Positions 43,263 through 55,323 of a stretch of 124,000 nt of DNA are shown in pieces. The position numbers and the translations under genes were made by a program. Below the pieces are notes generated by a model that did not search any database, had not been told where the DNA came from, and saw only the letters and a list, made by a program, of their open reading frames with translations. The DNA comes from Hyalangium minutum (GTDB lineage Bacteria > Myxococcota > Myxococcia > Myxococcales > Myxococcaceae): positions 144,001 to 268,000 of the forward strand of contig NZ_JMCB01000008.1 of the NCBI RefSeq assembly GCF_000737315.1. Direction: 5' to 3'. How positions within the stretch are numbered: the first letter of the stretch is position 1; each line of letters starts with the position of its first letter.

Positions 43263-44285
43263 GTGAACCGTGCCGGACCGCTTCTCGTGGGTGCCCTCCT
43301 GCTGCTGGCCCTCACGGGTGCTGCGTGCAGCTCGGGGTACAAGATTCAGCGTGATGTGCCCGCGGAGCTGTCCGCCTCCGCGGTGATGGTCTACCCCTTC
43401 CAGTTCCGGTGGCCGGAGCGCGCGTATCGCTCCTTCGAGCTGTCCCAGCGGCTCATCGACGTGGCCCTTGCCGAGGCTGGTGAGAGGGCCCTCTTCTTCG
43501 GCCCCTCCGAGTTCAAGGTCTACCGTCCGGACGACAACAACGCCTGGGCGGCCAGCACCGCCGTGCCCCTGCTGGTGCCCTACAGCGTCCGCCCCGAGCA
43601 GGCCTTGGTGCTTCGTTCCTGGGCGGAGCGCCGCGTCCAATCGGGGCAGCGCGAGCTGCTCGACGACAAGGGCCGCCCCATGGGCCAGAGCACCGTGGAG
43701 GAGACGACGTACCTGGGCCACGTGGAGGTGCTGCACCCCTCGACTCAGCGCCGGGTGCTGGAGATCTCCGGCGAAGTCCAAGCAGATCCCTTCGCCGAGC
43801 GCACGGATGACGGCGCGGATCCGGCGCCCGAGCTCACCGTCCTCATGGAGAAGCTCACCCGGCAGGCGCTGCAGGCCCTGAAGGAGCACCTGCACGCTCC
43901 CCGAGCGCCCTCCCCTGCCCCCGCCACGGTGGCGAGCATCCCCTGGCAGGCCTTCGAATATGCAGACGAGGGGCGCCCGGCCCACGTGGGGGCGCTGGCA
44001 TCGATGGATCCGCTGGATGCCGAGTTACTCCGCCAGCAGCGCTTGCGTTTCGCCAATCCTGGAGTGGAAACACCCGTGCTGGATCGCCTGGCCCGGCTCC
44101 CCGCCGGACTGTACGTCCTGTCCTCACCCGAGGGCGGAAAGCTGTCCGTAGGGGACCTCTTGCTGCAGGTTGATGGCCAGCCCGCCCTCCCCCAGGTGTT
44201 GGCTCGGACACGGCTGGCGCCCACCCCTGCCCAGATTCAGATCCGTCGAGCAGCGGGGGGAACCTTCCAGATTCTCCTGCCCTGA
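43263..44285 (+). CDS. Hypothetical lipoprotein
   Basis: GAAC lipobox; possible degenerate PDZ-like C-terminus. Confidence 0.7.
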   Translation: MNRAGPLLVGALLLLALTGAACSSGYKIQRDVPAELSASAVMVYPFQFRWPERAYRSFELSQRLIDVALAEAGERALFFGPSEFKVYRPDDNNAWAASTAVPLLVPYSVRPEQALVLRSWAERRVQSGQRELLDDKGRPMGQSTVEETTYLGHVEVLHPSTQRRVLEISGEVQADPFAERTDDGADPAPELTVLMEKLTRQALQALKEHLHAPRAPSPAPATVASIPWQAFEYADEGRPAHVGALASMDPLDAELLRQQRLRFANPGVETPVLDRLARLPAGLYVLSSPEGGKLSVGDLLLQVDGQPALPQVLARTRLAPTPAQIQIRRAAGGTFQILLP

Positions 44286-44383
44286 GTTTGTTTGTCTTGC
44301 CCCCCACGTCCAAACGCCCATAAACAGGGCCCCTCCAGAGCAAGACGGGCTGCTGTGGGCGGCCCGAGTCGAAGGCGAGCACC

Positions 44384-45772
<1,389 letters not shown>

Positions 45773-45804
45773 GCCCACACACCGCCACACTGAGGGGAGT
45801 ACAC

Positions 45805-46992
45805 ATGTTGCGCCGTCTCGCCATTGGAGCTGTCCTCGTCACCGCCGCCTGTGCCGGCCAGCAGAAGCAGGAGGCCGCCGCCGCTGCCGCCGCCACGGTG
45901 CAGGAGCGCATGCGCATTACCAACCAGCCCGTGTTCGACGTGGCCGTATGCCACCCGCGCGCGCTGGAGCTGCCCCAACCGCCGAACCAGGGCATCCTGG
46001 TGGGCGCGCTCGTGTCCACGCGCTCGCAGGTGATGGAGTGCCTGGTGGACCCGAAGGACCGCGGCCCCGCCACCACCACCAAGGTCACCATCAAGACCAC
46101 GGTGAACGACCAGGCCGCCACCCACACCGTCACCGGGGAGAACCTGACGCCCGAGGGCCAGGCGTGCGTGCAGAACGTGGTGAACAAGGCGGTGCCGGTG
46201 CAGCCGCTGGCCAAGGGCGGCACGCCGGTGGAGGCCGAGGCCTCCTTCATCCACGAGCTGAACAACAGCCCGGCGGTCTCCTTCGGCGTCAACGAGGGCT
46301 CGGACTTCTCGGGCGAGGTGCGCCTGGCCCAGCCACAGTGGTGCGACTGCTACGCGGCCTTCGCCACCCAGGCGCCTCCGGTGCTGACGGCGAAGATCAC
46401 CCTGAAGAAGGCCTCCCCGACGGCGGCGGATGTGACGTTCGAGCCGAGCGGCAACACCGAGGGCGACCAGCTGGCGGCCTGCCTGAAGCAGAAGATTCTG
46501 ACGCTGCCGGCGAAGGTGAGCTCGGACGAGCTGAGCTTCCCGCACCGCTTCGTGCACTTCCACGCGCAGGCCACGGAGCCGGCGGCCAACCTGCCGCCCG
46601 AGCTGCGCTTCTACCAGCTGGAGCTGGTGCGCGGTCAGCGCGCGGCGGACTCGGCGATTGCCTTCGGCCAGCGCGCCAACGCAGCCGAGGCGTATGACGC
46701 CATCGTCGCCAAGTACCAGAAGTCGAAGGACTGGAAGCTGGTGCCCGAGCTGAAGGAGAAGTGCGCGGCGCTGGTGAAGTCGGCGGACGGCTGGATCAGC
46801 GCCATCGAGGCGCAGCAGGCGGCGGAGCAGGCCACGGTGACGCTGGTGCAGGAGCTGAAGGCCAAGGACGAGGGCTGGACCGCGGTGGAGGCCAAGAGCC
46901 AGGAGGCGCTGACGGCCACCCAGAAGGACCTGGAGACGGCCAAGCAGCGCCGCCAGGCCGACGAGGGCGCCTGCCCCAAGGAGCGCAAGTAG
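45805..46992 (+). CDS. Hypothetical lipoprotein with two TonB_C/AgmX-like folds
   Basis: TAAC lipobox; paired Cys; coiled-coil end. Confidence 0.7.
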   Translation: MLRRLAIGAVLVTAACAGQQKQEAAAAAAATVQERMRITNQPVFDVAVCHPRALELPQPPNQGILVGALVSTRSQVMECLVDPKDRGPATTTKVTIKTTVNDQAATHTVTGENLTPEGQACVQNVVNKAVPVQPLAKGGTPVEAEASFIHELNNSPAVSFGVNEGSDFSGEVRLAQPQWCDCYAAFATQAPPVLTAKITLKKASPTAADVTFEPSGNTEGDQLAACLKQKILTLPAKVSSDELSFPHRFVHFHAQATEPAANLPPELRFYQLELVRGQRAADSAIAFGQRANAAEAYDAIVAKYQKSKDWKLVPELKEKCAALVKSADGWISAIEAQQAAEQATVTLVQELKAKDEGWTAVEAKSQEALTATQKDLETAKQRRQADEGACPKERK

Positions 46993-47048
46993 CCGCTCGG
47001 AAGTGAAAGAGGCCCCCGCCACAAGCTGCCGGAGGCCTCGAAACGGAG

Positions 47049-47085
47049 AAGGCGCGGGACCCATTCAGGGGCCCGCGCCTTTTTC
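47049..47085. terminator. Terminator hairpin between convergent genes
   Basis: aaggcgcggg...cccgcgccttttt. Confidence 0.75.
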
Positions 47086-47103
47086 GTGGCACAGCGAGGG
47101 AAA

Positions 47104-50100
47104 TCAGGCGGCGGTGACGTTGTCGTTGGCCGCGGTGGCCTCGCGGATCTTCACGCTCACCAGCTTGGAGATGCCGGGCTCCTCCATCGTCACGCCGTAC
47201 AGCGTGTCAGCCACCTCCATGGTCCGCTTGTTGTGGGTGATGAGGATGAACTGCGACTGGCGGCTCATCTCCTTCACCATCTCGTTGTAGCGGCCCACGT
47301 TGCCCTCATCCAGCGGCGCGTCGACCTCGTCCAGGAGGCAGAACGGCGTCGGCTTGATGAGGAAGATGCCGAAGATGAGCGCCACGGCCGTGAGCGCCTT
47401 CTCGCCACCCGACAGCAGGTTCACGCTCTGCAGCTTCTTGCCCGGCGGCTGAGCGACGATTTCCACGCCCTGCTCGGCGCCCGGGCCCTCGTTGGTGAGC
47501 ACCAGGCTGGCGCGCCCACCGCCGAACAGCCGCGGGAACACCGCCTGGAACTTCTCGTTCACCACGTCGAACGTCTGCTTGAAGCGCTCGCGGCTCGTGG
47601 AGTCGATGCGGGAGATGGCCTCCTTGAGATGCTCCAGCGTCGCCATCAGGTCCTTCTTCTGATTCGCCAGGAAGTCGAAGCGCTTGGTCAGCTCCGCGTG
47701 CTCCTCGATGGCCGTGAGGTTGATCTCCCCCATCTTCTCCACCTGGGCCCGCAGCTCCTTCAGCTCCTCCTGGACCTCGGGTGCCAGCGGCGCCAGCAGG
47801 TGGTAGCGGTGCAGCTCCAGCTCCAGCTCCACCTGGTGCCGCTCGCGGATGCCCGCGCCCAGGTGCTCCAGTTCCAGCGCAATCTCGCGCTCCTTCAGCG
47901 AGATCTGCGACAAGCCCTGCATCAGCTCGTCCAGCCGGCCACGCAGCTCGCGGAACACCGTGTCCTGCTCACGCACCTCGGTAGAGGCCGCAGCGTGCCC
48001 GGTACGGCGGCCCTCGAGCGTCTCCGCCGCCTGGCGGTGCTCCTCGGACCGCTTCCCACGCCCGCCCTCCGTCTCCTCGATCTTCCGCGTCAGCTCGTCC
48101 GTGCGAGCCGTCCCCTCGCCCACCGTCGCCCGGAGGCGGTAGATGCGCTCCTCCATCTCCTTGCGCTGGGAGATGAGGCTCTCCAGCTCCTTGCGCGCCG
48201 ACTCGCCGCGCTCGCTGCCCGCGGCCACCTTGATGCGCAGGCCCATCAGCTCCGCGGACGCCGTGTCCGAGCGCTGCTTCAGCGACTCCAGCTCGGCCGA
48301 CAGCTGCCGCACGCGCTCCTCGCGGCCCTCGCGATCCGCCTGCCCGTGAGCCACCTCGCCCCGGCTGTTCTCCTCCTCGTGCACCAGCGCCCCGTGTGAG
48401 TGCGCCAGCTGCGTCTCGTCCGCCTCCACCGCCGTGAGCCGCTCGCGCACCCGGGCCAGGTCCTCGCTGGCCTTGTGCAGATCCTTCTCCTGGTTGGCCA
48501 GGTTCAGCTCCTCGGCGTGCTGGTTCTTCGCCAGCCCCTTGAGCACGTTCTCCGCCTGGCCCATCTGCTTCTGGAGCGTGTAGTGCCGGGTGAGGATCTC
48601 GTTGTAGCGCTCCTCCACCTGGGCCACCTGGGCGCTCAGCTCGGCGATCTCGCGCTTCTTCTGCAGCGCGCCCACGGCCGCGCCCTCGCGCTCACCGCCC
48701 GTGAGCGTGCCGTCCGCGCGCACCACCTCGCCCTCCAGCGTGACGAGCGTGCACTGCGGGCCGCCCGCCGCCGCGTACGCTCGCGCGGACTCCAGATCCT
48801 GGACGATGACCACGTCGCCCAGGAGCAGCCGAACCACCGGCTGGAGCGCCTCCTCGTACTTCACCTCGGCGTAGGCGCTGCCCAGCACGCCGGGCCGGCT
48901 GAAGTCCGGCTCCACCACGGCCGCATCGAGGCGCGGCACCGGCAGGAAGCTGCCCCGGCCCTCCGAGGCCGTCCGCAGGTACTCCACCAGCTCGAAGCCC
49001 TTGTCCGGGCTCTCGACGATGACGTGCTGGAGCCGCTCGCCCAGCGCCGCCTCCACCGCCCGCTCGAAGCGCGGCGGAGCCGTGAGCACGTCCGCCACCA
49101 GGCCGAAGATGCCCTGCTCGCGGAACTGCTGCCCTGCGCGCATCATCACCGCGCGCACGCCGCGATCGAAGCCCTCGTAGTTCTTCTGCAGTTCCTCCAG
49201 CGAAGCCATGCGGCTGCGCTTGTCGGCCAGCTCCTCACGGAGGCTGATGACGTGGAGCTCGCTCTCGGTGAACTCGGCCCGGGTGCGCGCCAGCGCCTCC
49301 TCCTCGTGCGTCTTGCGCTCGGCCAGCTCCAGCGCGTTGTGGCGGCTCTCCTCCACCTGCTGCAGCACCGTGGAGCGGCTGCGCTCCAGCTCCTGCTCCT
49401 GGGCGCGCAGGGTCTCGGCCTCCGCGCGGATCTTCTCGCGGCGGGCCTCCAGGTCCGTGCGCTGCCGGGCCAGGTTCACCAGGTTGGACTCGTGGTTGGC
49501 CAGACGCGCCGCCACGGCCACCAGGGCGGCCCGCTCCTGCTCCAGCCGCATCCCCACTTCCGTCTGCAGCTGAGTGGTCCGGCGCAGCTCCTCCTGCGCC
49601 ACCTGCATCGCAACCTCGTCCTCCTTCCACGACCCGGCGATGCCCGACAGCTCCGCCTCGCGGGCGGCCATGGTGTCGGCCACCTCCGCCTGGCGGGCCA
49701 GCAGCGCGTTCAGCTCGCCCTCGGCCTGGTGGACGCGGGTGCTCGTCTCCTCGAGGTCCTTGCGCCAGTAGGCCAGGTCCTGGTCATCGCGCTGCACCGC
49801 GCGCTCCAGGGCGTGGACCTCGCTGGCCAGCTTCTGGAGGGCCTCGGCCTCGGCGTCCAGCCCGGCGCGGCGCTGGGTGATGCCCTCCTCCAGCTCGCGC
49901 ACCCGGTCGATGTTCTCGCGCTCCTCGGAGCTCAGGCTCTCCAGGCGCAGCTGGAGCACCTTCTTCTCCGACTGCAGCTCCAGGTAGCGGTGCGAGGCGG
50001 CGTGCAGGTCAATCTCCCGCATGCGCGACTTGAGCTTCTTGTACTTCTCGGCCTTCTTCGCCTGCCGGGACAGCGTGTCGAGCCGCTTCTCCAGCTCGTT

Positions 50101-50697
50101 GGTGATGTCCGTGACGCGCAGGAGGTTGGCCTCGGTGGCCTCCATCTTGCGCTCGGCCGCCTTGCGCCGGGTCTTGTACTTCGTAATCCCGGCGGCCTCC
50201 TCGATGATGCTGCGGCGGTCCTCCGGCTTGCTGGAGACGATGAGGCCCACGCGGCCCTGCTCGATGATGGAGTAGGCCTTGGTGCCCACGCCGGTGCCCA
50301 GCAGCATCTCCGTAATATCGAGCAGGCGGCAGGTGGTCTTGTTGATGAGGTACTCGGACTCGCCGTTGCGGAACAGGCGCCGGGTGACGGTGATCTCCGG
50401 GAAGCCCTGATACTGGGGCGCGAGCTGATCCGCCTCCTCAATGGTGAAGGTGAGGGACACCTCGGCCATGGAGAGCGGCGGCTTGTTCTCCGAGCCGTTG
50501 AAGATGACGTCCTCCATGCCGCGGCCACGGAGGTTCTTGGCGCTTTGCTCGCCCATGGCCCAGCGGATGGCGTCCACCACGTTGGACTTGCCGCAGCCGT
50601 TGGGGCCAACGATGCCGGTGACACCGTCATCGAAGCTGAAGACGCTGCGCTCCATGAAAGACTTGAAGCCGGTAATGTCCAGGCGCTTGATTCGCAT
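47104..50697 (-). CDS. smc: Chromosome segregation protein SMC
   Basis: GPNGCGKSN; hinge domain; LSGGEK; LDEVDAPLD. Confidence 0.98.
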   Translation of the reverse strand: MRIKRLDITGFKSFMERSVFSFDDGVTGIVGPNGCGKSNVVDAIRWAMGEQSAKNLRGRGMEDVIFNGSENKPPLSMAEVSLTFTIEEADQLAPQYQGFPEITVTRRLFRNGESEYLINKTTCRLLDITEMLLGTGVGTKAYSIIEQGRVGLIVSSKPEDRRSIIEEAAGITKYKTRRKAAERKMEATEANLLRVTDITNELEKRLDTLSRQAKKAEKYKKLKSRMREIDLHAASHRYLELQSEKKVLQLRLESLSSEERENIDRVRELEEGITQRRAGLDAEAEALQKLASEVHALERAVQRDDQDLAYWRKDLEETSTRVHQAEGELNALLARQAEVADTMAAREAELSGIAGSWKEDEVAMQVAQEELRRTTQLQTEVGMRLEQERAALVAVAARLANHESNLVNLARQRTDLEARREKIRAEAETLRAQEQELERSRSTVLQQVEESRHNALELAERKTHEEEALARTRAEFTESELHVISLREELADKRSRMASLEELQKNYEGFDRGVRAVMMRAGQQFREQGIFGLVADVLTAPPRFERAVEAALGERLQHVIVESPDKGFELVEYLRTASEGRGSFLPVPRLDAAVVEPDFSRPGVLGSAYAEVKYEEALQPVVRLLLGDVVIVQDLESARAYAAAGGPQCTLVTLEGEVVRADGTLTGGEREGAAVGALQKKREIAELSAQVAQVEERYNEILTRHYTLQKQMGQAENVLKGLAKNQHAEELNLANQEKDLHKASEDLARVRERLTAVEADETQLAHSHGALVHEEENSRGEVAHGQADREGREERVRQLSAELESLKQRSDTASAELMGLRIKVAAGSERGESARKELESLISQRKEMEERIYRLRATVGEGTARTDELTRKIEETEGGRGKRSEEHRQAAETLEGRRTGHAAASTEVREQDTVFRELRGRLDELMQGLSQISLKEREIALELEHLGAGIRERHQVELELELHRYHLLAPLAPEVQEELKELRAQVEKMGEINLTAIEEHAELTKRFDFLANQKKDLMATLEHLKEAISRIDSTSRERFKQTFDVVNEKFQAVFPRLFGGGRASLVLTNEGPGAEQGVEIVAQPPGKKLQSVNLLSGGEKALTAVALIFGIFLIKPTPFCLLDEVDAPLDEGNVGRYNEMVKEMSRQSQFILITHNKRTMEVADTLYGVTMEEPGISKLVSVKIREATAANDNVTAA

Positions 50698-51014
50698 CCC
50701 GTGGGGCTCCTGTGGGCTTGGTGCGCGTGAGGTGGGAAATCGCTCCAAGGCCGAAAAATCGGCCCCGGAATGTGGTCAGAAGTACCAGTCACAGGTGGCC
50801 AGATCAAGCGTGACCATGCACCGTGTGACCCTACATTTCGAAAGGTGCCCTGTACCGGCGGTGATCAGCGGAGCGTGCAGGTAAGGGGTTGAAAAGTGAG
50901 AGATGCACCCTACCTTTCCGGTGATCTTTCTGGAGGAAGCCTACGTTCGCGCCCTTTCTCGCCTTCTCGGTCCTCGTTGGAGCGACTCCTGCAGGTCTAC
51001 CCGACCGGTCTGAC

Positions 51015-51689
51015 ATGCCTGTAGCGGAGGGGGCCTGTCCGAACCCGTTCTTCCCTCTGGAGGAGGGGCTGAAGCTGACCTACCGGGCGGGATCCTCGGA
51101 GTTGACGATCTCGACCCGGGGGGTGACGTCCACCTCGGAGGGCCTCAAGGGACTCCTGGCGGTGGATCTGAAGGGCCGGAGTGGGGAGACGGAGGCCTTC
51201 TGTACCTCGGAGGGGGTACGCACGGGGCTTGGCGGCCTGGAGGGGACGCTGCTGTCAGCCTCGGGGATGAAGGTGGAGGTGGTCTCCGCCGAGGGAGTGG
51301 CCGTGCCGCCCGCCGCGCGCATGGTCCCTGGCTCGTCCTGGAAGAACTCTCTGTCGGTGAAGCTGCAGCCGCCGGAGGGCTCGAAGATGCCGGCCGGGAT
51401 GGTGCTCGCCAGCACGTTCGATAAGGAGGCGACCGTCCTCGGGGAGGAGGAAGTCACTGTCGGGGCGGGCACCTTCAAGGCGCTGAAGGTGAAGAACCTG
51501 ACAACGGCGCGGGCCAGCCGTGCCGGGGCTCAGGGGCGGTCCATCGAGAGCTTCATCTGGTTCGCGCCGGGGGTGGGCATCATCAAGGTGGCCACGGGCA
51601 ACAACACGGACCTGGAGCTGCTCAAGGTGGACCGGCCCGTGGCGGTGCAGAAGGCCCCGGCCAAGGCGAAGAAAAGCACGAAGCTCTGA
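51015..51689 (+). CDS. Hypothetical protein (DUF3108-like beta-rich)
   Basis: VTVGAGTFKALKV; WFAPGVGIIK. Confidence 0.65.
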   Translation: MPVAEGACPNPFFPLEEGLKLTYRAGSSELTISTRGVTSTSEGLKGLLAVDLKGRSGETEAFCTSEGVRTGLGGLEGTLLSASGMKVEVVSAEGVAVPPAARMVPGSSWKNSLSVKLQPPEGSKMPAGMVLASTFDKEATVLGEEEVTVGAGTFKALKVKNLTTARASRAGAQGRSIESFIWFAPGVGIIKVATGNNTDLELLKVDRPVAVQKAPAKAKKSTKL

Positions 51690-51749
51690 ACCCTTGGCGC
51701 AAGCCTTGTGGCCGTAGCTTGATAGCTCCCCCGGATCGGAGGGAGCTCG

Positions 51750-53087
51750 ATGACGCTTCGCCATGCCATGGCAGCGGTGCTTGCGCTGCTCATGGCCGCT
51801 TGCAGCCCACAGCCCAAGGTGGTGCGGTTAATAAGCGGCCAGGGCGCCCCCGTTGTGCACGTTGCGCGTGCAGGCGTGGAGCCCGTGCAGGTGGACGACG
51901 ACAGCTTCGAGCAGGCGCTGGTCGAACATGGCCGAAGCATTCAGCCCTTCTCGGTGCCGCTCATGGAGGCACGCCGGTTATGGCGGGGGCCCCCTCCCGC
52001 AGAGCCCTATGCCCATGTGAGAGGACGCCTGGGCCTCGTGTCAGTCGGGTCAGCCCCCGAGGCCCCGCGAGTGCACCTGCTGCCTGAGTTGGCTCCTGCC
52101 GCAGCAGAGCTCAAGCGCTGCTACCTGCAGTGGTGCGGCCGCACTTGGGGTGAGGGGGACTGCCTGCGCCTGCTGGTGGACAAGCCCGAGTTGGACAACG
52201 ACGGCAAGTACACGCTGGCCATGGCCATCGCCCAGCGCCACGTGCTCGGTGAAATGAAGGACGCCTTCGGAGAGATGGTCAACCCGGTGGCGGTGTACGC
52301 GTCCATCACGAGCGCGATGACCGTGTACCTGCTCTTGTGGACGCTGCCCGAGCCGGTCTCCAAGGGACTCGCCGCGACCATGACGGTGGCGCTCATGGCC
52401 TACCTCGGCGTGGACACGGTGTGGCGGCTGATTGACGGATGGTTGGTGGTGGTCCGTGAGGTGGATCGAGCCACCACCTTCGAGGAGATCGAGGTGGCTG
52501 GAACGAAGTACGGCAAGACGATGGGCAGAACGGCCGCCAAGGCCTTCGTCATGCTGGCCACGGTGGCCGTGGGAAACACGGCCGCTGGCATGGCGTCGAG
52601 GCTGCCCACACTGCCTGGTGCGGGGCCAGCTGCCGTGCTCGCCGAAACGCAGCTGAATCTCCGGTATGCAGCGGCGGCCTCCCAGGTCGAAGCAGTCACC
52701 GTGTCGGCGGAAGGAGCCACCCTCACGCTGGCACCCGGCGCAGTGGCCATGGCAGCTCGAGGCGCCGGGAGCAGAAACAACAGCGTCTACCGCTCAGTGA
52801 GCCCCCAAGGGCAAGTCCAGTACGTGGGCATCACCAATAATGTCGCCAGACGCGCTGTCGAGCACCTCCGACAAAATGGATTCGATATCGATAAGTTGCT
52901 GGGCAATCTCTCCCGGGAGGATGCACGAGCGGTCGAGCAGGCCCTCATTGAAATCCACGGCCTTGGAAAGAACGGAGGAACGCTCTTGAACCGCATCAAC
53001 AGCATCGCGCGTACCCGTCCTGACTTCGCCGCGCTGTTGCGCAGAGGGCAGGAACTGTTGAACTCCATTGGGTACCGGGTGGAATGA
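51750..53087 (+). CDS. SitA5-like lipoprotein polymorphic toxin with GIY-YIG/URI nuclease C-terminus
   Basis: LMAAC lipobox; conserved YLQWC...GDCLRLL; C-terminal VY...QYVGIT...R...EQALI...NRINSI. Confidence 0.75.
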   Translation: MTLRHAMAAVLALLMAACSPQPKVVRLISGQGAPVVHVARAGVEPVQVDDDSFEQALVEHGRSIQPFSVPLMEARRLWRGPPPAEPYAHVRGRLGLVSVGSAPEAPRVHLLPELAPAAAELKRCYLQWCGRTWGEGDCLRLLVDKPELDNDGKYTLAMAIAQRHVLGEMKDAFGEMVNPVAVYASITSAMTVYLLLWTLPEPVSKGLAATMTVALMAYLGVDTVWRLIDGWLVVVREVDRATTFEEIEVAGTKYGKTMGRTAAKAFVMLATVAVGNTAAGMASRLPTLPGAGPAAVLAETQLNLRYAAAASQVEAVTVSAEGATLTLAPGAVAMAARGAGSRNNSVYRSVSPQGQVQYVGITNNVARRAVEHLRQNGFDIDKLLGNLSREDARAVEQALIEIHGLGKNGGTLLNRINSIARTRPDFAALLRRGQELLNSIGYRVE

Positions 53088-53870
53088 ATGGGCTCGCCAC
53101 GAAAGCGCGTGCGGATGGGAGACCTTCTGGAGGTCAGCACTCCTCGGGGTCTCGCCTATGTGCAGTACGTCGGGAAGCATCCGGAATATGGCCACGCCAT
53201 CCGAGTCCTTCCAGGCTTCTTCCAGGCACGGCCTCAGGACTGGACCTCGTTGGCATCCCAACCAGGCTACTTCACCTTCTATCCTGTCAGCGCCGCTGTT
53301 TCGCAGGGGTTGGTCGCCATTGCCGCCCATCATCCGATCCCTTCGGGGCAGGAGTTGCCGACCATGTTCCGTCGACGCGGCGCGATTGCTCCAGACGGAA
53401 CGGTCCTGACGTGGCTCATCTTCGGCCATGGACCCGAGACGCTTCGAACAACGCTGAGCCCAGAGGAAAAGCGCCTCTCCATCGCCTCGATCTGGAACCA
53501 CGCGTTTCTGGTGGGTCGTCTTGTAGAAGAGTGGCGTCCGGACAAGGGGCCTCGCGCGGCTGAGTTCTCGCAGGTTCAGCACGTCCAGAGCGAGCCAGAG
53601 AATTCTCCAGCGTCACCTGAGCCAGAGAGCCCCCGCCGCATGGCGCATTACCTCTATTTTCCATCAGCCAAGGCAGGCAAGCCGGTCGCCACCGAGCTTC
53701 GGAAGCGCGGCTTCGAGATAGAGAGCCGCCGCAGCGGAGACGAACAGCACTGGCTTGTGCTCGCTACGCACAGTGTCGCAGGGGAGAACGCCGAGCACAC
53801 TCGCGATGAGCTTGAGCAGTTGGCGGAGCAGCACGGTGGCACTTATGACGGCTCTGAGGTTGCCACCTGA
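53088..53870 (+). CDS. Immunity protein: Imm26-like N-terminus fused to RraB-like domain
   Basis: GDLLEVSTPRGLAYVQYV; C-terminal HYLYF...HGGTYDGSE; starts right after toxin stop. Confidence 0.65.
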   Translation: MGSPRKRVRMGDLLEVSTPRGLAYVQYVGKHPEYGHAIRVLPGFFQARPQDWTSLASQPGYFTFYPVSAAVSQGLVAIAAHHPIPSGQELPTMFRRRGAIAPDGTVLTWLIFGHGPETLRTTLSPEEKRLSIASIWNHAFLVGRLVEEWRPDKGPRAAEFSQVQHVQSEPENSPASPEPESPRRMAHYLYFPSAKAGKPVATELRKRGFEIESRRSGDEQHWLVLATHSVAGENAEHTRDELEQLAEQHGGTYDGSEVAT

Positions 53871-53998
53871 AGTCCTTCCGGTGACGCCCCCGTTACAAGA
53901 GTTCGTCGAGACGAAACCCATCAGAGCGGGTGCGTTCGGCCCTACCTGTGCAGTAGCATGACCGCCGTGCTCGCGACGGAGAGTCGCGAGGAGGCACC

Positions 53999-55300
53999 AT
54001 GCACTTCGATGCTCCTGACGTAGGCTCAACCGTTGGCCCCTGGCTCCTCCAGGAGCATGTGGACTCGGGAAGCTTCGGCATCGTCTACCTTGCCCGGCGT
54101 GCAGAGCAGCCGGACTCTCCGCGCACCCATCGCGAGTTGCTCCAGGTGCTCGCCCAGCTGGCAGGGGCCCTGGCCACTGCTCACGCACGCGGGGCCCTCC
54201 ACCGCGATGTGAAGGGCGAAAACATCCGCGTGCGCACCGATGGCCGGGCAGTGCTCTTGGACTGGGGCTCTGGGTGGTTCGAAGGAGCGTCCCCCCTCAC
54301 GGACAGCCCCGCCCCCCCTGGCACCACCGCGTACCGGCCTCCCGAGCAGCGCGCCTTCCAGTGGCAGTTTCGCAAGGACATGGAGGCCCGCTGGCACTCG
54401 ACCGCTACCGATGACCTCTACTCCTTAGGAGTCACCCTCTACCGCCTCGTCACGGGCAAGTACCTGCCACCCTGTACGGACGGCGGGGAGCCCGTAGCGC
54501 GCAAAGTGCCGCCGCCCTCGACCCTGGCCACCGTGTCCCCTGAGCTGGAAACGATCATCCTCCGGCTTATCTCCGACGACCGGAAGGTGCGGGGCACGGC
54601 AGAGCAACTGGCCCGAGAGTCCGCAATGATCGTAGAGACGGGCGGGCCTGCCTTGGACCTGGCGATTCGTCCAACGTCCAGCGCCCTCGTGACGGAGGAG
54701 GGAGAACCGCCCCAGCCCTCATCGGGAGGTCTGGACGACGACGGCCTCGAAGAGGACGAACGGCCCTCCGACTCGGTGCCCGCCAAACAGAAGAACCGTG
54801 CCGAAGTGGCGCCCTCCATGCGGGATCGCGTTCGCCAACACCATGAGCTGGCCGTGCCCGCTTGGCTTACCTGGACGGGCGCTTCCGCCATGGGAGGGCT
54901 CATCACTGCCCTTATGATGTTGTGGGTGCGGCCTGGGGTTCCAGAGCCCGCGCCCAAGCCCCTTCCCAACCCCACTCCCTGGCTCGCCACTCCCGAGGAA
55001 GTGGCTCCGTTCGCCCCGGATGCAGGCGTCGGAGAGGCGGCCCTGTCGAGCGTCGAGAATATGAACCCGCGCGTGGGAGACTTCGTTGTCTCCCTAGGTC
55101 GTTCCATGCCCTCTAAGCCGTTCCCTTTGCAACGGCGCCCACCTTGTAACCGTGGAGAGAAAGAGATCAACGGAGGGTGCTGGATCGGACCGATTGATGC
55201 AGAGAAGCCCCCGTGCGGCGACCAAATGTTCGACTACGAGGGCAGGTGTTACTTCGCGTCCTTTGGCGAAAACCGACAACCCACCTCTGGAGAGCCCTAA
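53999..55300 (+). pseudogene. Ser/Thr kinase with in-frame internal deletion (no VAxK lysine)
   Basis: GSFGIVY runs directly into RTHRELL...HRDVKGEN; subdomains II-V missing relative to 107981-109387. Confidence 0.7.
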
Positions 55301-55323
55301 TCAAGGCCGTGCGCGCGAAGCGC

